Positions 1-8,530 of a stretch of 64,000 nucleotides of DNA are shown one piece after another. Each line of letters opens with the position of its first letter. The first letter of the stretch is position 1. The stretch is from Bacillales bacterium UBA3789 (GTDB lineage Bacteria > Bacillota_I > Bacilli_A > RF39 > UBA660), in contig DFEZ01000002.1 of the NCBI GenBank assembly GCA_002369415.1, positions 30,158-94,157 on the forward strand. The letters are read 5' to 3'. A program made the translations under genes and the position numbers. The notes beneath the pieces were generated by a model. The model was not told the DNA's origin. It did no database searches and saw nothing but the letters and a program-made list of their open reading frames with translations.

Positions 1-109
1 GACCTGCTGTAAACCATTTATTAATTGTAAGTGAAAAAAGAGTACATATTGCTAAGACAGCAACAAGTATGACTTCTATTTCATATGTTTTTTTAATATC
101 TTTGCTCAT
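1..109 (-). CDS. Partial CDS running off the window start. Start codon ATG at 107-109. N-terminus MSKDIKKTYEIEVILVAVLAICTLFSLTINKWFTAG is a short membrane-anchored or signal-peptidase-like N-terminus.
   Basis: ATG with upstream GGTGAAGGGG Shine-Dalgarno (rc of 113-122). Hydrophobic segment after a basic N-terminus. Truncated by the window edge. Confidence 0.3.
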   Translation of the reverse strand, partial: MSKDIKKTYEIEVILVAVLAICTLFSLTINKWFTAG

Positions 110-146
110 GTACCCCTTCACCTACATTCTTTTTTGATATTTTAAA

Positions 147-650
147 TTAGTTATTGTTTGGAGTTGCTACTAATTTAATTGTAAAGTTTTCAGTTTCATC
201 TTGTGTTACAGGTGTTTTCTTAACTGTTACTGTTACTGTTTGAGTAGTTGTTTCTCCAGGTGCTAATGTAGTTGCATCTCTTGAAGTTGTTACTTCGAAA
301 TATTCAGTATTTGCAAATGTTTCAACTGTTGGAGCAGCTAAATCAGCATTAATTCCGTTACTTTCATTAGTTACAGTATAAGTAAATGTAACTGTATCTC
401 CTGCTTTAGTTAAATCAGAAATTGTAAATTGTCCAGTTTGTGCATTATCATGTGATTGTGTTGTAGTAATAGTTGTTGGATTCTTAGTTACAGCAACTTC
501 TCCAGTATAATGTACTTTAAAGTTATCTGGATCAGCAGTAATTGTTCCTGAACCATTAATATTTAATGTTACAGCAGATACTACTGCATAACCAATTCCT
601 AATGCAAGGATAGCTACTAATACGCCTATAATTCCTGTTCTTTTTTTCAT
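147..650 (-). CDS. Secreted Thr-rich protein of unknown function. It has an N-terminal signal/TM segment.
   Basis: ORF of 167 aa. N-terminus MKKRTGIIGVLVAILALGIGYAVVSA, then a Thr/Val-rich beta-like sequence. No recognisable catalytic motif. Confidence 0.5.
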   Translation of the reverse strand: MKKRTGIIGVLVAILALGIGYAVVSAVTLNINGSGTITADPDNFKVHYTGEVAVTKNPTTITTTQSHDNAQTGQFTISDLTKAGDTVTFTYTVTNESNGINADLAAPTVETFANTEYFEVTTSRDATTLAPGETTTQTVTVTVKKTPVTQDETENFTIKLVATPNNN

Positions 651-773
651 ATAAAATTCCTACCTTTCTTTCTAGAAAATATAGTTTACTCTACTATATT
701 CTACTAATAACATTTTACTTAAAAATGTGTTTATAGTCAACAATTTTGCTTACATCTGTTTAATTATTTTGTA

Positions 774-802
774 AACAAAAAAAGGATTTTGTTAATCCTT
801 TT
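774..802 (-). terminator. Rho-independent terminator after rnc. The hairpin AAAGGATT/AATCCTTT overlaps the rnc stop and is followed by a T-run on the minus strand.
   Basis: Inverted repeat 781-788 / 794-801. A-run 774-780 gives a U-tract in the minus-strand transcript. Confidence 0.5.
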
Positions 803-1457
803 TAGCCATCTTTTCAATTGCTTCTCGTGCAGCTTCTTGTTCTGCTTCTTTTTTGCTTGTTCCTATTCCGGAACCATAAATAATTCCATCAATAATTACA
901 TTTACAGTAAATCTTTTATCATGAGCAGGTCCTTCTTCATTAATTAGAACATATTCAAGACTTTTTTGTTCTGTTTGAACAAATTCTTGAAGGCTACTCT
1001 TATAATCACTGAAGAATGTTATTTTATCATCATTTATGAATGGAACAATCACATCTAATATTACTTTTCTTACTGTTGCATAACCTAAGTCTATATAGAT
1101 TGCTCCCATAAGTGCTTCAAATATATCAGCAACAATTGCTTTCTTTAAATGATCTTTTTCTTCTCCATGACCTACTAATATATATTTTTCTAATCCTAAA
1201 GATGTTGAATATGCATAATTGGCATTTTCACATACATAACTTGCTCTTACCTTAGTCATTTCACCTTCTGTTTCCTTATAATGGTTATATAAATAATCTG
1301 CAACAACTAAGTCTAGTACAGCATCTCCTAAGAATTCTAATCTTTCATAATTTGATTTTACTTTATGTTCATTTGAATATGAACTATGAGAAAAAGCTGC
1401 CTTATATAAATTTATATCTTTAGGTTTAATTTTTAATTTTTTAAATAGTTCTTCCAT
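792..1457 (-). CDS. rnc: Ribonuclease III.
   Basis: RNase III signature ERLEFLGDAVLDLVVADYLY. C-terminal dsRBD-like region (GSGIGTSKKEAEQEAAREAI). 221 aa. Confidence 0.9.
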   Translation of the reverse strand: MEELFKKLKIKPKDINLYKAAFSHSSYSNEHKVKSNYERLEFLGDAVLDLVVADYLYNHYKETEGEMTKVRASYVCENANYAYSTSLGLEKYILVGHGEEKDHLKKAIVADIFEALMGAIYIDLGYATVRKVILDVIVPFINDDKITFFSDYKSSLQEFVQTEQKSLEYVLINEEGPAHDKRFTVNVIIDGIIYGSGIGTSKKEAEQEAAREAIEKMAKKD

Positions 1458-1481
1458 TTAAATCACCTAATTAATTATAAC

Positions 1482-1512
1482 AAAAAAAATATAACTATAA
1501 AAGTTATATTTT
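1482..1512 (-). terminator. Rho-independent terminator downstream of the 720-aa repeat protein gene.
   Basis: Hairpin TATAACT-TTAT-AGTTATA followed by T8 in the minus-strand sense, immediately after the stop at 1512-1514. Confidence 0.5.
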
Positions 1513-3674
1513 TATCTTCTTCTAGGTGTTGCTGTTACTCCAGCCATTTGTTTATATAAAGTACTATCAATATAAACAACTGGATCCATTATTTCATCTT
1601 CTGGTTCTTCATCTGAGAATAATGCTAATTTTCTCAAATCATCAATTGCACCATCGATTTGTTCTTGAGTATATGGATTGTTTCCATTATGGAATTCTTC
1701 AAGTCTTCTATAATATAACTTATCATCTTTTGCTTTCTTAGCTTCTTTCTTAGCTAGATGTTTAACAGCAACTTCTGTATTGTGATTCATGAATTCTGCT
1801 TTCTTTTGTCTATCATCTTCTTTATAGTAAGCTTCTAATTCACTTTGACTTAATGATAACATGAAAGTTACTTTATCATTTAATTCTCTTTCATATCCTT
1901 CTTTATCAGAACCCATATATTTCTTTAATCTATCTTTTTTCCATGCTTCGAACTGACCTAAGTTATTATTATATCTATTCATTAGCAGTCTTACTTTTTG
2001 ACTAATTAGTGAATATTTTTCTCTTTCAGTTCTATCACTACCTATAACATCTAAACAATAGTTTTCAAATTCTACTATTGCATTTTGTCCATATCCACCA
2101 TGTGGTAATCCTCTTAGTTCAGATGTATATTCCTCAACTTTTTTCTTTAAGTCTATACTTCTTCCTGCCATTAATTCAAAATCAATATCAAATTCAGCTT
2201 TTGCAGCTTCTTTTTCTGCTGCACTTAAACTTCTATTATTATCAATTTGTTCATGAGTTGCTTTTAATTCTCTTAATCCTCTTTCATAGTCATTGATATA
2301 TCTATCATATACAGCTTGAATTTGTCTATATATTTCAAGAACAGTTGCTTTTTCCTTTTGAGTTGTAAGAATTTTTTCACATTGAACTTTAAATTCTCTT
2401 ACTTTAGCAGCTCCATATCCTCCTCTTTCAAGTCCTTGAAGAGTTTCAATCATTTCTTTAACTTTTTTCTTTAAATCAACTTTATGCCCACTATCTGCTT
2501 TGAAATCATCTTTTAATCTTTTCTTTCTAGCTGCTTTTTCTTTTTCAGTCATATCTGATTCATCTACTTTAGCAAGTTCTTCTTCTAAAGCTGCTTTTCT
2601 TCTATTATATTCATCTAATAACTTATGATATTCAATTTCTATTTTTGCAAGAATCACCTTGTCTTCTTTGCCAACTGCATGTCCATCTTCATCTATTCTT
2701 CTTGCCAAGGTTTCAAAATCTTCTAGTTTTGGTTTACCATATCCACCAAATTCTAGTTTTTCTAGATTACTTAGCATTTCTTTTATGCTTTCACCTATAT
2801 TAACATTATGTCCATACATATTATTAAAATCTATACGTAATTCTGCAATGTTTTTTTGTTTCTCTTCTTCATCAATAAATGTAGAAGCTTCAATTGTTTG
2901 AATTCTTTTAGCTAGATTATTTGCATCATATAAGTATCTATTTTTATATTGAGTTACTAGTGTACTTATTATTTTTTGTACTATATCAGAATCTGATAAG
3001 TCGTGTTTTTTACCCTCTTCTATTTGAGCTTTTGCTGCTTCCATGAATTCTTTTATCTTTTCATCTCCATATCCGCCATCAGGTAAATTTCTTAATTCAG
3101 CAGCCATTTCTCTTAGTTTTTTATCTAAATCAATTGGGAATCCAAATTCTTGCTCTTTATAATAATCAATCCAATAAGCTATCATTGCGATTACTTCTGC
3201 TTCTGAATCTGAATTTTCTTTAATAGTTCTAATTGTATTATTAAATGCATATAGTTTAGCTTGATAATCTGAAATATATTCTTTAGCAATACTAATTAGT
3301 TCTTCGATAGTTTCTATTCTAGATCTGCCTTGTTCATTACATTCTCTTACTTTGTCTTCTAATCTTTTCTTTATTTCATCAAGTTTGTTTTGTCCATATC
3401 CTAATCTTTCACTTGAAATATATCTTTTTAATTCAGAAATAGCTCTTTCATCTATATCTATCATTAATCTATATAGAATACTTTTATCATATTTTACTTT
3501 TTTTCTATCTAATTCTTTTTCAATAGAATATGCATCCATTAATCCTAATTCACTTAATACATCTAAAATATCATCTATTTCTTTTGTTGCATCTACTTTT
3601 TCTCTTGCAACTTCTGTTCTTTCTGGAACAACAACTGTATTATTTCTTCCTAATAATCTGTCTAATAAACCCAT
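1512..3674 (-). CDS. Large (720 aa) coiled-coil-like protein of unknown function. It contains at least four copies of a ~85-100 aa module ending in L..L..GGYG..K(I/V).EF, plus a fifth degenerate copy (RLGYGQNKLDEIKK).
   Basis: Repeats read directly in the translation:
- IDLDKKLREMAAELRNLPDGGYGDEKIKEF
- NIGESIKEMLSNLEKLEFGGYGKPKLEDF
- VDLKKKVKEMIETLQGLERGGYGAAKVREF
- IDLKKKVEEYTSELRGLPHGGYGQNAIVEF
No TM segment and no known catalytic motif. Confidence 0.6.
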   Translation of the reverse strand: MGLLDRLLGRNNTVVVPERTEVAREKVDATKEIDDILDVLSELGLMDAYSIEKELDRKKVKYDKSILYRLMIDIDERAISELKRYISSERLGYGQNKLDEIKKRLEDKVRECNEQGRSRIETIEELISIAKEYISDYQAKLYAFNNTIRTIKENSDSEAEVIAMIAYWIDYYKEQEFGFPIDLDKKLREMAAELRNLPDGGYGDEKIKEFMEAAKAQIEEGKKHDLSDSDIVQKIISTLVTQYKNRYLYDANNLAKRIQTIEASTFIDEEEKQKNIAELRIDFNNMYGHNVNIGESIKEMLSNLEKLEFGGYGKPKLEDFETLARRIDEDGHAVGKEDKVILAKIEIEYHKLLDEYNRRKAALEEELAKVDESDMTEKEKAARKKRLKDDFKADSGHKVDLKKKVKEMIETLQGLERGGYGAAKVREFKVQCEKILTTQKEKATVLEIYRQIQAVYDRYINDYERGLRELKATHEQIDNNRSLSAAEKEAAKAEFDIDFELMAGRSIDLKKKVEEYTSELRGLPHGGYGQNAIVEFENYCLDVIGSDRTEREKYSLISQKVRLLMNRYNNNLGQFEAWKKDRLKKYMGSDKEGYERELNDKVTFMLSLSQSELEAYYKEDDRQKKAEFMNHNTEVAVKHLAKKEAKKAKDDKLYYRRLEEFHNGNNPYTQEQIDGAIDDLRKLALFSDEEPEDEIMDPVVYIDSTLYKQMAGVTATPRRR

Positions 3675-3792
3675 AATGATAGCCTCCTACTATTCAATTT
3701 TATCATATTAATTTTTAATATTCAATCAGTTTATTTAATAATCTATACTTGTAAAAATAGTCATTTAATAGTAAAATTATTATGGTGATAGG

Positions 3793-4029
3793 ATGAAGAA
3801 ATTACTTATATCTATCATAAAACTATATAAAAAAATTCCTTTTAGTAGTCATAAACAATGTAGATATATTCCTACTTGTTCTAATTATGCTATTGAAAGT
3901 ATTAATACTTATGGATCTATTAAAGGTTCTTTTTTAGCAATTAAAAGAATACTAAGATGTAATCCATGGGGAGGATCTGGTTATGATCCAGTACCATTGA
4001 AGAAGGAGAAGAAACATGAAAAGATTTAA
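3793..4029 (+). CDS. yidD: Membrane protein insertion efficiency factor YidD.
   Basis: YidD motif [15 protein letters not shown]...[14 protein letters not shown]. 78 aa. Confidence 0.8.
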   Translation: MKKLLISIIKLYKKIPFSSHKQCRYIPTCSNYAIESINTYGSIKGSFLAIKRILRCNPWGGSGYDPVPLKKEKKHEKI

Positions 4030-4888
4030 AATTTTATTATTATTTATTTTATTAATACCTATTATATTCATAGGTGGAGGATGTTCTAATGATAGTATGG
4101 ATAACATTGAGATTATCGTTACTAATTATCCTAATGAATATGTAGTTAAGAAATTATATGATAAGCATGCTGCTATTACATCAATCTATCCAGATGGTGT
4201 TGATACAAGTAATTATACAATTAGTAAGAAACAAAAATTAGATTATTCAAGAACTGATTTATTTGTATATAATGGTTTACTTGAAAAAGAAAGAAATCTT
4301 GCAGTTGACTTATTAGAGATTAATCCTGATTTAAAAATAATTGATACTGCTTATGTATTAGAGACTGATTATTCTCCTGAAGAGTTATGGTTAAATCCAT
4401 CTTCATTACTTATGATGAGTCAAAATGTTAGACTTGCATTAGATGAATATATTTCAAGTACATATTTAACTAAAGAAGTTGATCAAGCTTATGAAGATTT
4501 AAAAATAGAATTATCTGAATTAGATGCTGAATATAGAGTTGCAGTTGAAAGTACTAATAATAAAACTATTATAGTTGCTAATAGTGCTTTAAAATATCTT
4601 GAAAAGTTTGGTTTAAATGTAATATGTCTTGATAGTGATGCTTCTCAAAAGACTTTAAGTGATGCTGAAGAGTTATTAAGTAATAAGAGTAATTCATATA
4701 TAATTATGTTTAAGGGACAAGAGCTTAATGATAATGTTAATAACTTACTTGAGAAATATCCAGATGTTAGTAAACTAGAACTTCATAAGTTAGATAATAT
4801 TACTGATACTGAAAGAAGTAATAAAGAGAATTATACTTCTATAATGAGAGATAACTTAGAATTAATTAAAAAAGAATTATATCAATAA
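4016..4888 (+). CDS. Lipoprotein with a ZnuA/TroA-like (cluster A-I substrate-binding protein) fold. The canonical metal-binding His/Asp ligands are replaced, making it a degenerate 'pseudo-SBP'.
   Basis: Lipobox [50 protein letters not shown]...[13 protein letters not shown] aligns to the ZnuA pattern VVTTfyPl...dPHdYEps...ADlfvYNG, but DPHDY is changed to DTSNY. The later His position reads [11 protein letters not shown] instead of fvtsHaAfgY. Overlaps the yidD stop by 14 nt, suggesting translational coupling. Confidence 0.6.
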   Translation: MKRFKILLLFILLIPIIFIGGGCSNDSMDNIEIIVTNYPNEYVVKKLYDKHAAITSIYPDGVDTSNYTISKKQKLDYSRTDLFVYNGLLEKERNLAVDLLEINPDLKIIDTAYVLETDYSPEELWLNPSSLLMMSQNVRLALDEYISSTYLTKEVDQAYEDLKIELSELDAEYRVAVESTNNKTIIVANSALKYLEKFGLNVICLDSDASQKTLSDAEELLSNKSNSYIIMFKGQELNDNVNNLLEKYPDVSKLELHKLDNITDTERSNKENYTSIMRDNLELIKKELYQ

Positions 4889-4916
4889 AAAAAGTATGTT
4901 TTACATACTTTTTTCT
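4887..4916. terminator. Bidirectional Rho-independent terminator between the convergent lipoprotein gene and the 446-aa gene.
   Basis: Hairpin AGTATGT-TTT-ACATACT flanked by an A-run upstream and T-run downstream. It overlaps both stop codons (4886-4888 and 4901-4903). Confidence 0.55.
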
Positions 4917-6241
4917 TTTAATGTTTTTACTAATTGAACTGCTTCTTGTTGCATTTCTTCTGATGTTTCCATATCGATATATCCTCTTGCTCTTTCTTGC
5001 CATTTTTTTGAATGGTTATGATGAGCAACATTTGGATTTAATCTTAATGCAGTTTTATCATCACCACTATGTTTAATAAAGTCTCTTGCATCTAATACGA
5101 AGAATCTATTATCTATAGCAGTTGATGGTGTATCTCTATTGAATTCTCTATCTAATATTACTTTACCGTTTGGATAAATATAGGCAACATATCCTCTATA
5201 TTTTCTTAATCCAATAGCTTTACTCATATATGGAGTTGATTCATAGAATGCAGTTTTTGCATCTCCAAGTTTCTTTAATCTTTCAATTTCTTCAAAAGTC
5301 ATTAAAGTTTCTTTTGGTTCTTTACCTTTATGAACTTTATCATAACCTTTTCCTTCTGGTACAAGGATCCATTCTACTACGCTACTATTATCTTTTGCTC
5401 TTCTTTGTAAGTTTTCAAATCTGGCTTTGATATTTTCTATATCAACTCTCATACCATTGTCTAAAATAATATATACATTTTTATCATAATCAGAATTTAA
5501 ATATTTTTCTATTAATTTGATATATTCTTTAATCATATCTATATCATTAGAGTTTTCACATTTAGCAATATATTCATGTACTACTAACATTGCTAATTTA
5601 TTATTATCAAAGTTATTTCTTATGAATTTATTATAACTTTTACTTTCTAATTTAGCTTTTAATTTAGATCTATCAGTTACATATCTTGTGTACATTTCAG
5701 CTTGAGTAGAAACGAAGTTATCTAATCTTCTTTTTAGTGCACATGAATAGTAATAATGTTCTCCATCGGCATAGGCCTCTTCTGGAATTTTTTCTTGTTT
5801 TTTCATTTTTTCTAATGAAGCAATATAGTTTCTACCATCAAATAAATCTCTATATAATAATGGAAATTCATGTTTTAATTGACTTGTTGTAGTAATACCT
5901 TTTAATAATCTTACTCTTGCTAACATCTTTTTAGTTAGTTCATCATCATCTTTTGTTCTTGAATTATGTTTAATATTTAATATAGTTAATAGTTTATCTA
6001 AGAATTCATCATATGAAGGTTTAATATTTCCAACTACATATGTTCCATCATTAAAACATGATAATCTATCAGTAAAATCATCATTAAACTTTTTATATCT
6101 AAATACTTCGTGAATATTTTCTCTATTTGCTGATCTAAACATCATAAATAAATCTTCAGGTAAGATTCTTGTAGTTCTACACTCTCTAATTAGTGTATTT
6201 AATGAAATATCAACTGTTTTTTCGAATACCCCTGTTTTCAT
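4901..6241 (-). CDS. Monocistronic 446-aa hypothetical protein with a C-terminal Rx6H motif (RLNPNVAHH), a HEPN-like signature. Possible abortive-infection/RNase-type defence or toxin protein.
   Basis: Own strong extended -10 promoter, GAGGGGGA RBS and own terminator. No TM segment. C-terminal ...FFVLDARDFIKHSGDDKTALRLNPNVAHHNHSKKWQERARGYID. No housekeeping family recognised. Confidence 0.55.
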   Translation of the reverse strand: MKTGVFEKTVDISLNTLIRECRTTRILPEDLFMMFRSANRENIHEVFRYKKFNDDFTDRLSCFNDGTYVVGNIKPSYDEFLDKLLTILNIKHNSRTKDDDELTKKMLARVRLLKGITTTSQLKHEFPLLYRDLFDGRNYIASLEKMKKQEKIPEEAYADGEHYYYSCALKRRLDNFVSTQAEMYTRYVTDRSKLKAKLESKSYNKFIRNNFDNNKLAMLVVHEYIAKCENSNDIDMIKEYIKLIEKYLNSDYDKNVYIILDNGMRVDIENIKARFENLQRRAKDNSSVVEWILVPEGKGYDKVHKGKEPKETLMTFEEIERLKKLGDAKTAFYESTPYMSKAIGLRKYRGYVAYIYPNGKVILDREFNRDTPSTAIDNRFFVLDARDFIKHSGDDKTALRLNPNVAHHNHSKKWQERARGYIDMETSEEMQQEAVQLVKTLKEKSM

Positions 6242-6261
6242 ATAATATCCCCCTCAATATT

Positions 6262-6300
6262 GCGTATATTATACCATATTTTGGCTAAAAAATAAAGTAT
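6262..6300 (-). promoter_or_regulatory. Sigma-A-type promoter with an extended -10 (TGGTATAAT, rc of 6268-6276) and weak -35. It drives the 446-aa gene.
   Basis: rc reads ...TTTATT-N17-TGGTATAATATACGCAATATTGAGGGGGATATTATATG. TG is at -15/-14 and a strong SD lies 7 nt before the ATG. Confidence 0.5.
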
Positions 6301-6334
6301 ATCCTTATATTATTAAGAAATATTCATGTTTTAA

Positions 6335-6363
6335 TTGATTTTTTTGATTATTTTTGATAGAAT
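6335..6363 (+). promoter_or_regulatory. Putative rpsT promoter: -35 TTGATT (6335-6340), 17-nt spacer, -10 TAGAAT (6358-6363).
   Basis: Consensus-like hexamers at correct spacing ~30 nt upstream of the rpsT SD GTGAGGTGA. Confidence 0.45.
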
Positions 6364-6393
6364 TAACTTGTTTACAAAAAGTGAGGTGAAATT

Positions 6394-6657
6394 ATGCCAA
6401 ATATTAAAAGTGCTAAAAAAAGAATGCGTTCAAATGCTAAAAAAGCTAACGTTAATACATTAGTTTCTTCAAGTATGAAAACTGCAATTAAGAAATTTGA
6501 AAAAGAAGTTAAAGCTGGAAACAAGGAAGAAGCTCAAAACAATTTAAATATAGCTCTTCAAAGAATTGATAAAGCTAAGAACAGCGGTTTAGTTCACAAA
6601 AATAAAGCTGCTCGTTTAAAATCAAGATTATCAAAGATGAACAATACAATGGAATAA
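6394..6657 (+). CDS. rpsT: 30S ribosomal protein S20.
   Basis: MPNIKSAKKRMRSNAKKANVNTLVSSSMKTAIKKFEK..., the typical basic 87-aa S20. Confidence 0.9.
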   Translation: MPNIKSAKKRMRSNAKKANVNTLVSSSMKTAIKKFEKEVKAGNKEEAQNNLNIALQRIDKAKNSGLVHKNKAARLKSRLSKMNNTME

Positions 6658-6684
6658 GCCAATTTAAATAATTGGTTTTTTTAT
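6657..6684 (+). terminator. Rho-independent terminator of rpsT.
   Basis: Hairpin CCAATT-TAAATA-AATTGG followed by T7. Confidence 0.55.
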
Positions 6685-6728
6685 TTACTATTTTATTTAA
6701 TTAATATAAAATAGTCTTAGGTGAAATT

Positions 6729-7646
6729 ATGAAAAAATTATTAGTAACTATTGGGTTGTTATTAATAGTAATTGGGTTGGTTATTACTAGAAAAGACTAT
6801 TTAATAGAAGTTTATGATACATATATTTCTCATAAACCTAAAATAACAACTTTAGATAATAAAAATGAGTATTATAGAGAAAATAATTATTTATTTGTAC
6901 AAAATACAGATGACTTTTCTCCTAAGAATAAACAAGAATTAATAAATGTTTACTATACTATTATTAATTCAGGAGTTGATACATTCACATTTAAATGTAA
7001 TGAAGAATATACTTCTTGTGTAAAAGATGTTAAAGATCTAGCTAATGATCAAGCTCAACTATCTGATATAAATAATTATGTACATCCTTTTAATGGATTT
7101 GCTCATATTGAAACAGAATATGATTCTTTAGGAAGAGTTACTGTTAATATAGTTAAAAGTTATACAAATGAAAAAATTGAAATGATTAATAAAAAAGTTG
7201 ATGAATTATATCCTCAACTAGTAAATGAAAATGATACTACATATAATAATATAAAAAGAGTACATGACTATATTATTAATAATACTATATATGATTCTAA
7301 TAGAAGTGATAATGGTATTATTAATTATGAATCAGATATTGCTTATGGACCTTTATTCCAAGGATATGCTATATGTGGTGGATATTCTGATTTAATGGAA
7401 TTATTCTTAATTAGAATGGGTGTTAATTGTTATAAGATATCAAGTGATGATCATGTATGGAATGCATTATATTATGATGGTAAATGGTTACATCTAGATC
7501 TTACTTGGGATGATCCAGTATCTAGTGATGGAAGACAATACTTAGAATATAACTATTTCTTAATAGATACTCCTAAACTATTATATTTAGAAACATCACA
7601 ACATACATTTAATCAAGATCATTATTTAGAATTAAAAGAAGCATAA
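6729..7646 (+). CDS. Membrane-anchored transglutaminase-like superfamily protein (Cys-His-Asp core).
   Basis: N-terminal TM (LLVTIGLLLIVIGLVI). C-terminal core GYAICGGYSDLMELFLIRMGVNCYKISSDDHVWNALYYDGKWLHLDLTWDD matches the transglutaminase-like C...H...D arrangement. Confidence 0.7.
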   Translation: MKKLLVTIGLLLIVIGLVITRKDYLIEVYDTYISHKPKITTLDNKNEYYRENNYLFVQNTDDFSPKNKQELINVYYTIINSGVDTFTFKCNEEYTSCVKDVKDLANDQAQLSDINNYVHPFNGFAHIETEYDSLGRVTVNIVKSYTNEKIEMINKKVDELYPQLVNENDTTYNNIKRVHDYIINNTIYDSNRSDNGIINYESDIAYGPLFQGYAICGGYSDLMELFLIRMGVNCYKISSDDHVWNALYYDGKWLHLDLTWDDPVSSDGRQYLEYNYFLIDTPKLLYLETSQHTFNQDHYLELKEA

Positions 7647-7664
7647 ATTATGCTTCTTTTTTTA
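7636..7664. terminator. Bidirectional terminator between the convergent transglutaminase-like gene and miaA.
   Basis: Hairpin GAAGCAT-AAATT-ATGCTTC with a T-run, overlapping both stops (7644-7646, 7648-7650). Confidence 0.5.
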
Positions 7665-8526
7665 TATAATCATATACTTCATTAATTGTATTATTAAAAT
7701 TATTTAAATCTACATTAAACCATTTTGTATCAAATTGATTTCTAAAGAAAGTAAATTGTCTTTTAGCAAATCTTCTTGAATTTAATTTAATATTTTTAAT
7801 AGCTTCTTCTAATGATCCATTATTATATAAATAATCATAGAATTCTTTATAACCAATACCACTATTTAGAATTCTAGAATTTGGATAGTATTCTTTTAAA
7901 GAATTAATTTCTTCTACTAGACCATTACTTAACATTTGGTCCACTCTACTATTAATTCTTTCATACAATACTTCTCTATTTGTTTCTAAACCTATTACAT
8001 TTATGTGGTATAAAGGTTTATCTTTATTATTAGTGATTTCTTCATTATTTTCTAATTTATTTAATAATCGTACTAATCTTTTTCTATTATTTAGTTCTGG
8101 TAATTTATCTACATTAAAATCTTTAATTTTATTTAATAATTCTTCATTACTTAAATCATTATATTCATTATATGTAGTTCCTTCAGTAAAGTTATAATCA
8201 TAAAGTGCTGCTTTTATATAAAGTCCTGTTCCACCTACTATTATGATTCTTTTACCTCTTTTATTTATATCCTCTATAAGACTTCTTACATCTTTTTGAT
8301 AATCAAATACTGTGTAGTCTTCATCTACATCTCTTATATCAATAAGATGATGTGGAATACCTTCTCTTTCTTCAATAGTTGGTTTTGCACTACCTATATC
8401 TAACTTTTTATAGATAGATACACTATCACCATTAATTATTTCAGCATCTAATTTTTTAGCAAGTTCAATACTTAGTTTAGTTTTACCTATACCAGTAGGT
8501 CCTACTATAACAATAATATCTTTCAT
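7648..8526 (-). CDS. miaA: tRNA dimethylallyltransferase (tRNA isopentenyltransferase).
   Basis: P-loop IVIVGPTGIGKTKLSIELAKKL, DSVSIYKKLDIGSAKP. The start is taken at MKDIIVIVG (ATG 8524-8526), which has a good AAGGTGA SD. The earlier in-frame Met at 8562 lacks an SD and would overlap the upstream gene. Confidence 0.9.
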   Translation of the reverse strand: MKDIIVIVGPTGIGKTKLSIELAKKLDAEIINGDSVSIYKKLDIGSAKPTIEEREGIPHHLIDIRDVDEDYTVFDYQKDVRSLIEDINKRGKRIIIVGGTGLYIKAALYDYNFTEGTTYNEYNDLSNEELLNKIKDFNVDKLPELNNRKRLVRLLNKLENNEEITNNKDKPLYHINVIGLETNREVLYERINSRVDQMLSNGLVEEINSLKEYYPNSRILNSGIGYKEFYDYLYNNGSLEEAIKNIKLNSRRFAKRQFTFFRNQFDTKWFNVDLNNFNNTINEVYDYIKKEA

Positions 8527-8530
8527 ATGA

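Noticed and set aside
1526-3711. Several 70-120 aa plus-strand ORFs (1526-1741, 2078-2296, 2659-2901, 3352-3711) inside the 720-aa gene.
   Set aside because: They are antisense to a long, motif-supported coding region. Their Leu/Phe/Ser-rich, low-complexity translations are typical of AT-rich antisense frames.
3793-4029. Considered whether yidD implied an adjacent rnpA-yidC cluster (the oriC region).
   Set aside because: The flanking genes are unrelated (the repeat protein and the SBP-like lipoprotein). No dnaA, rpmH, rnpA or DnaA-box cluster is visible, so this is a stand-alone yidD.
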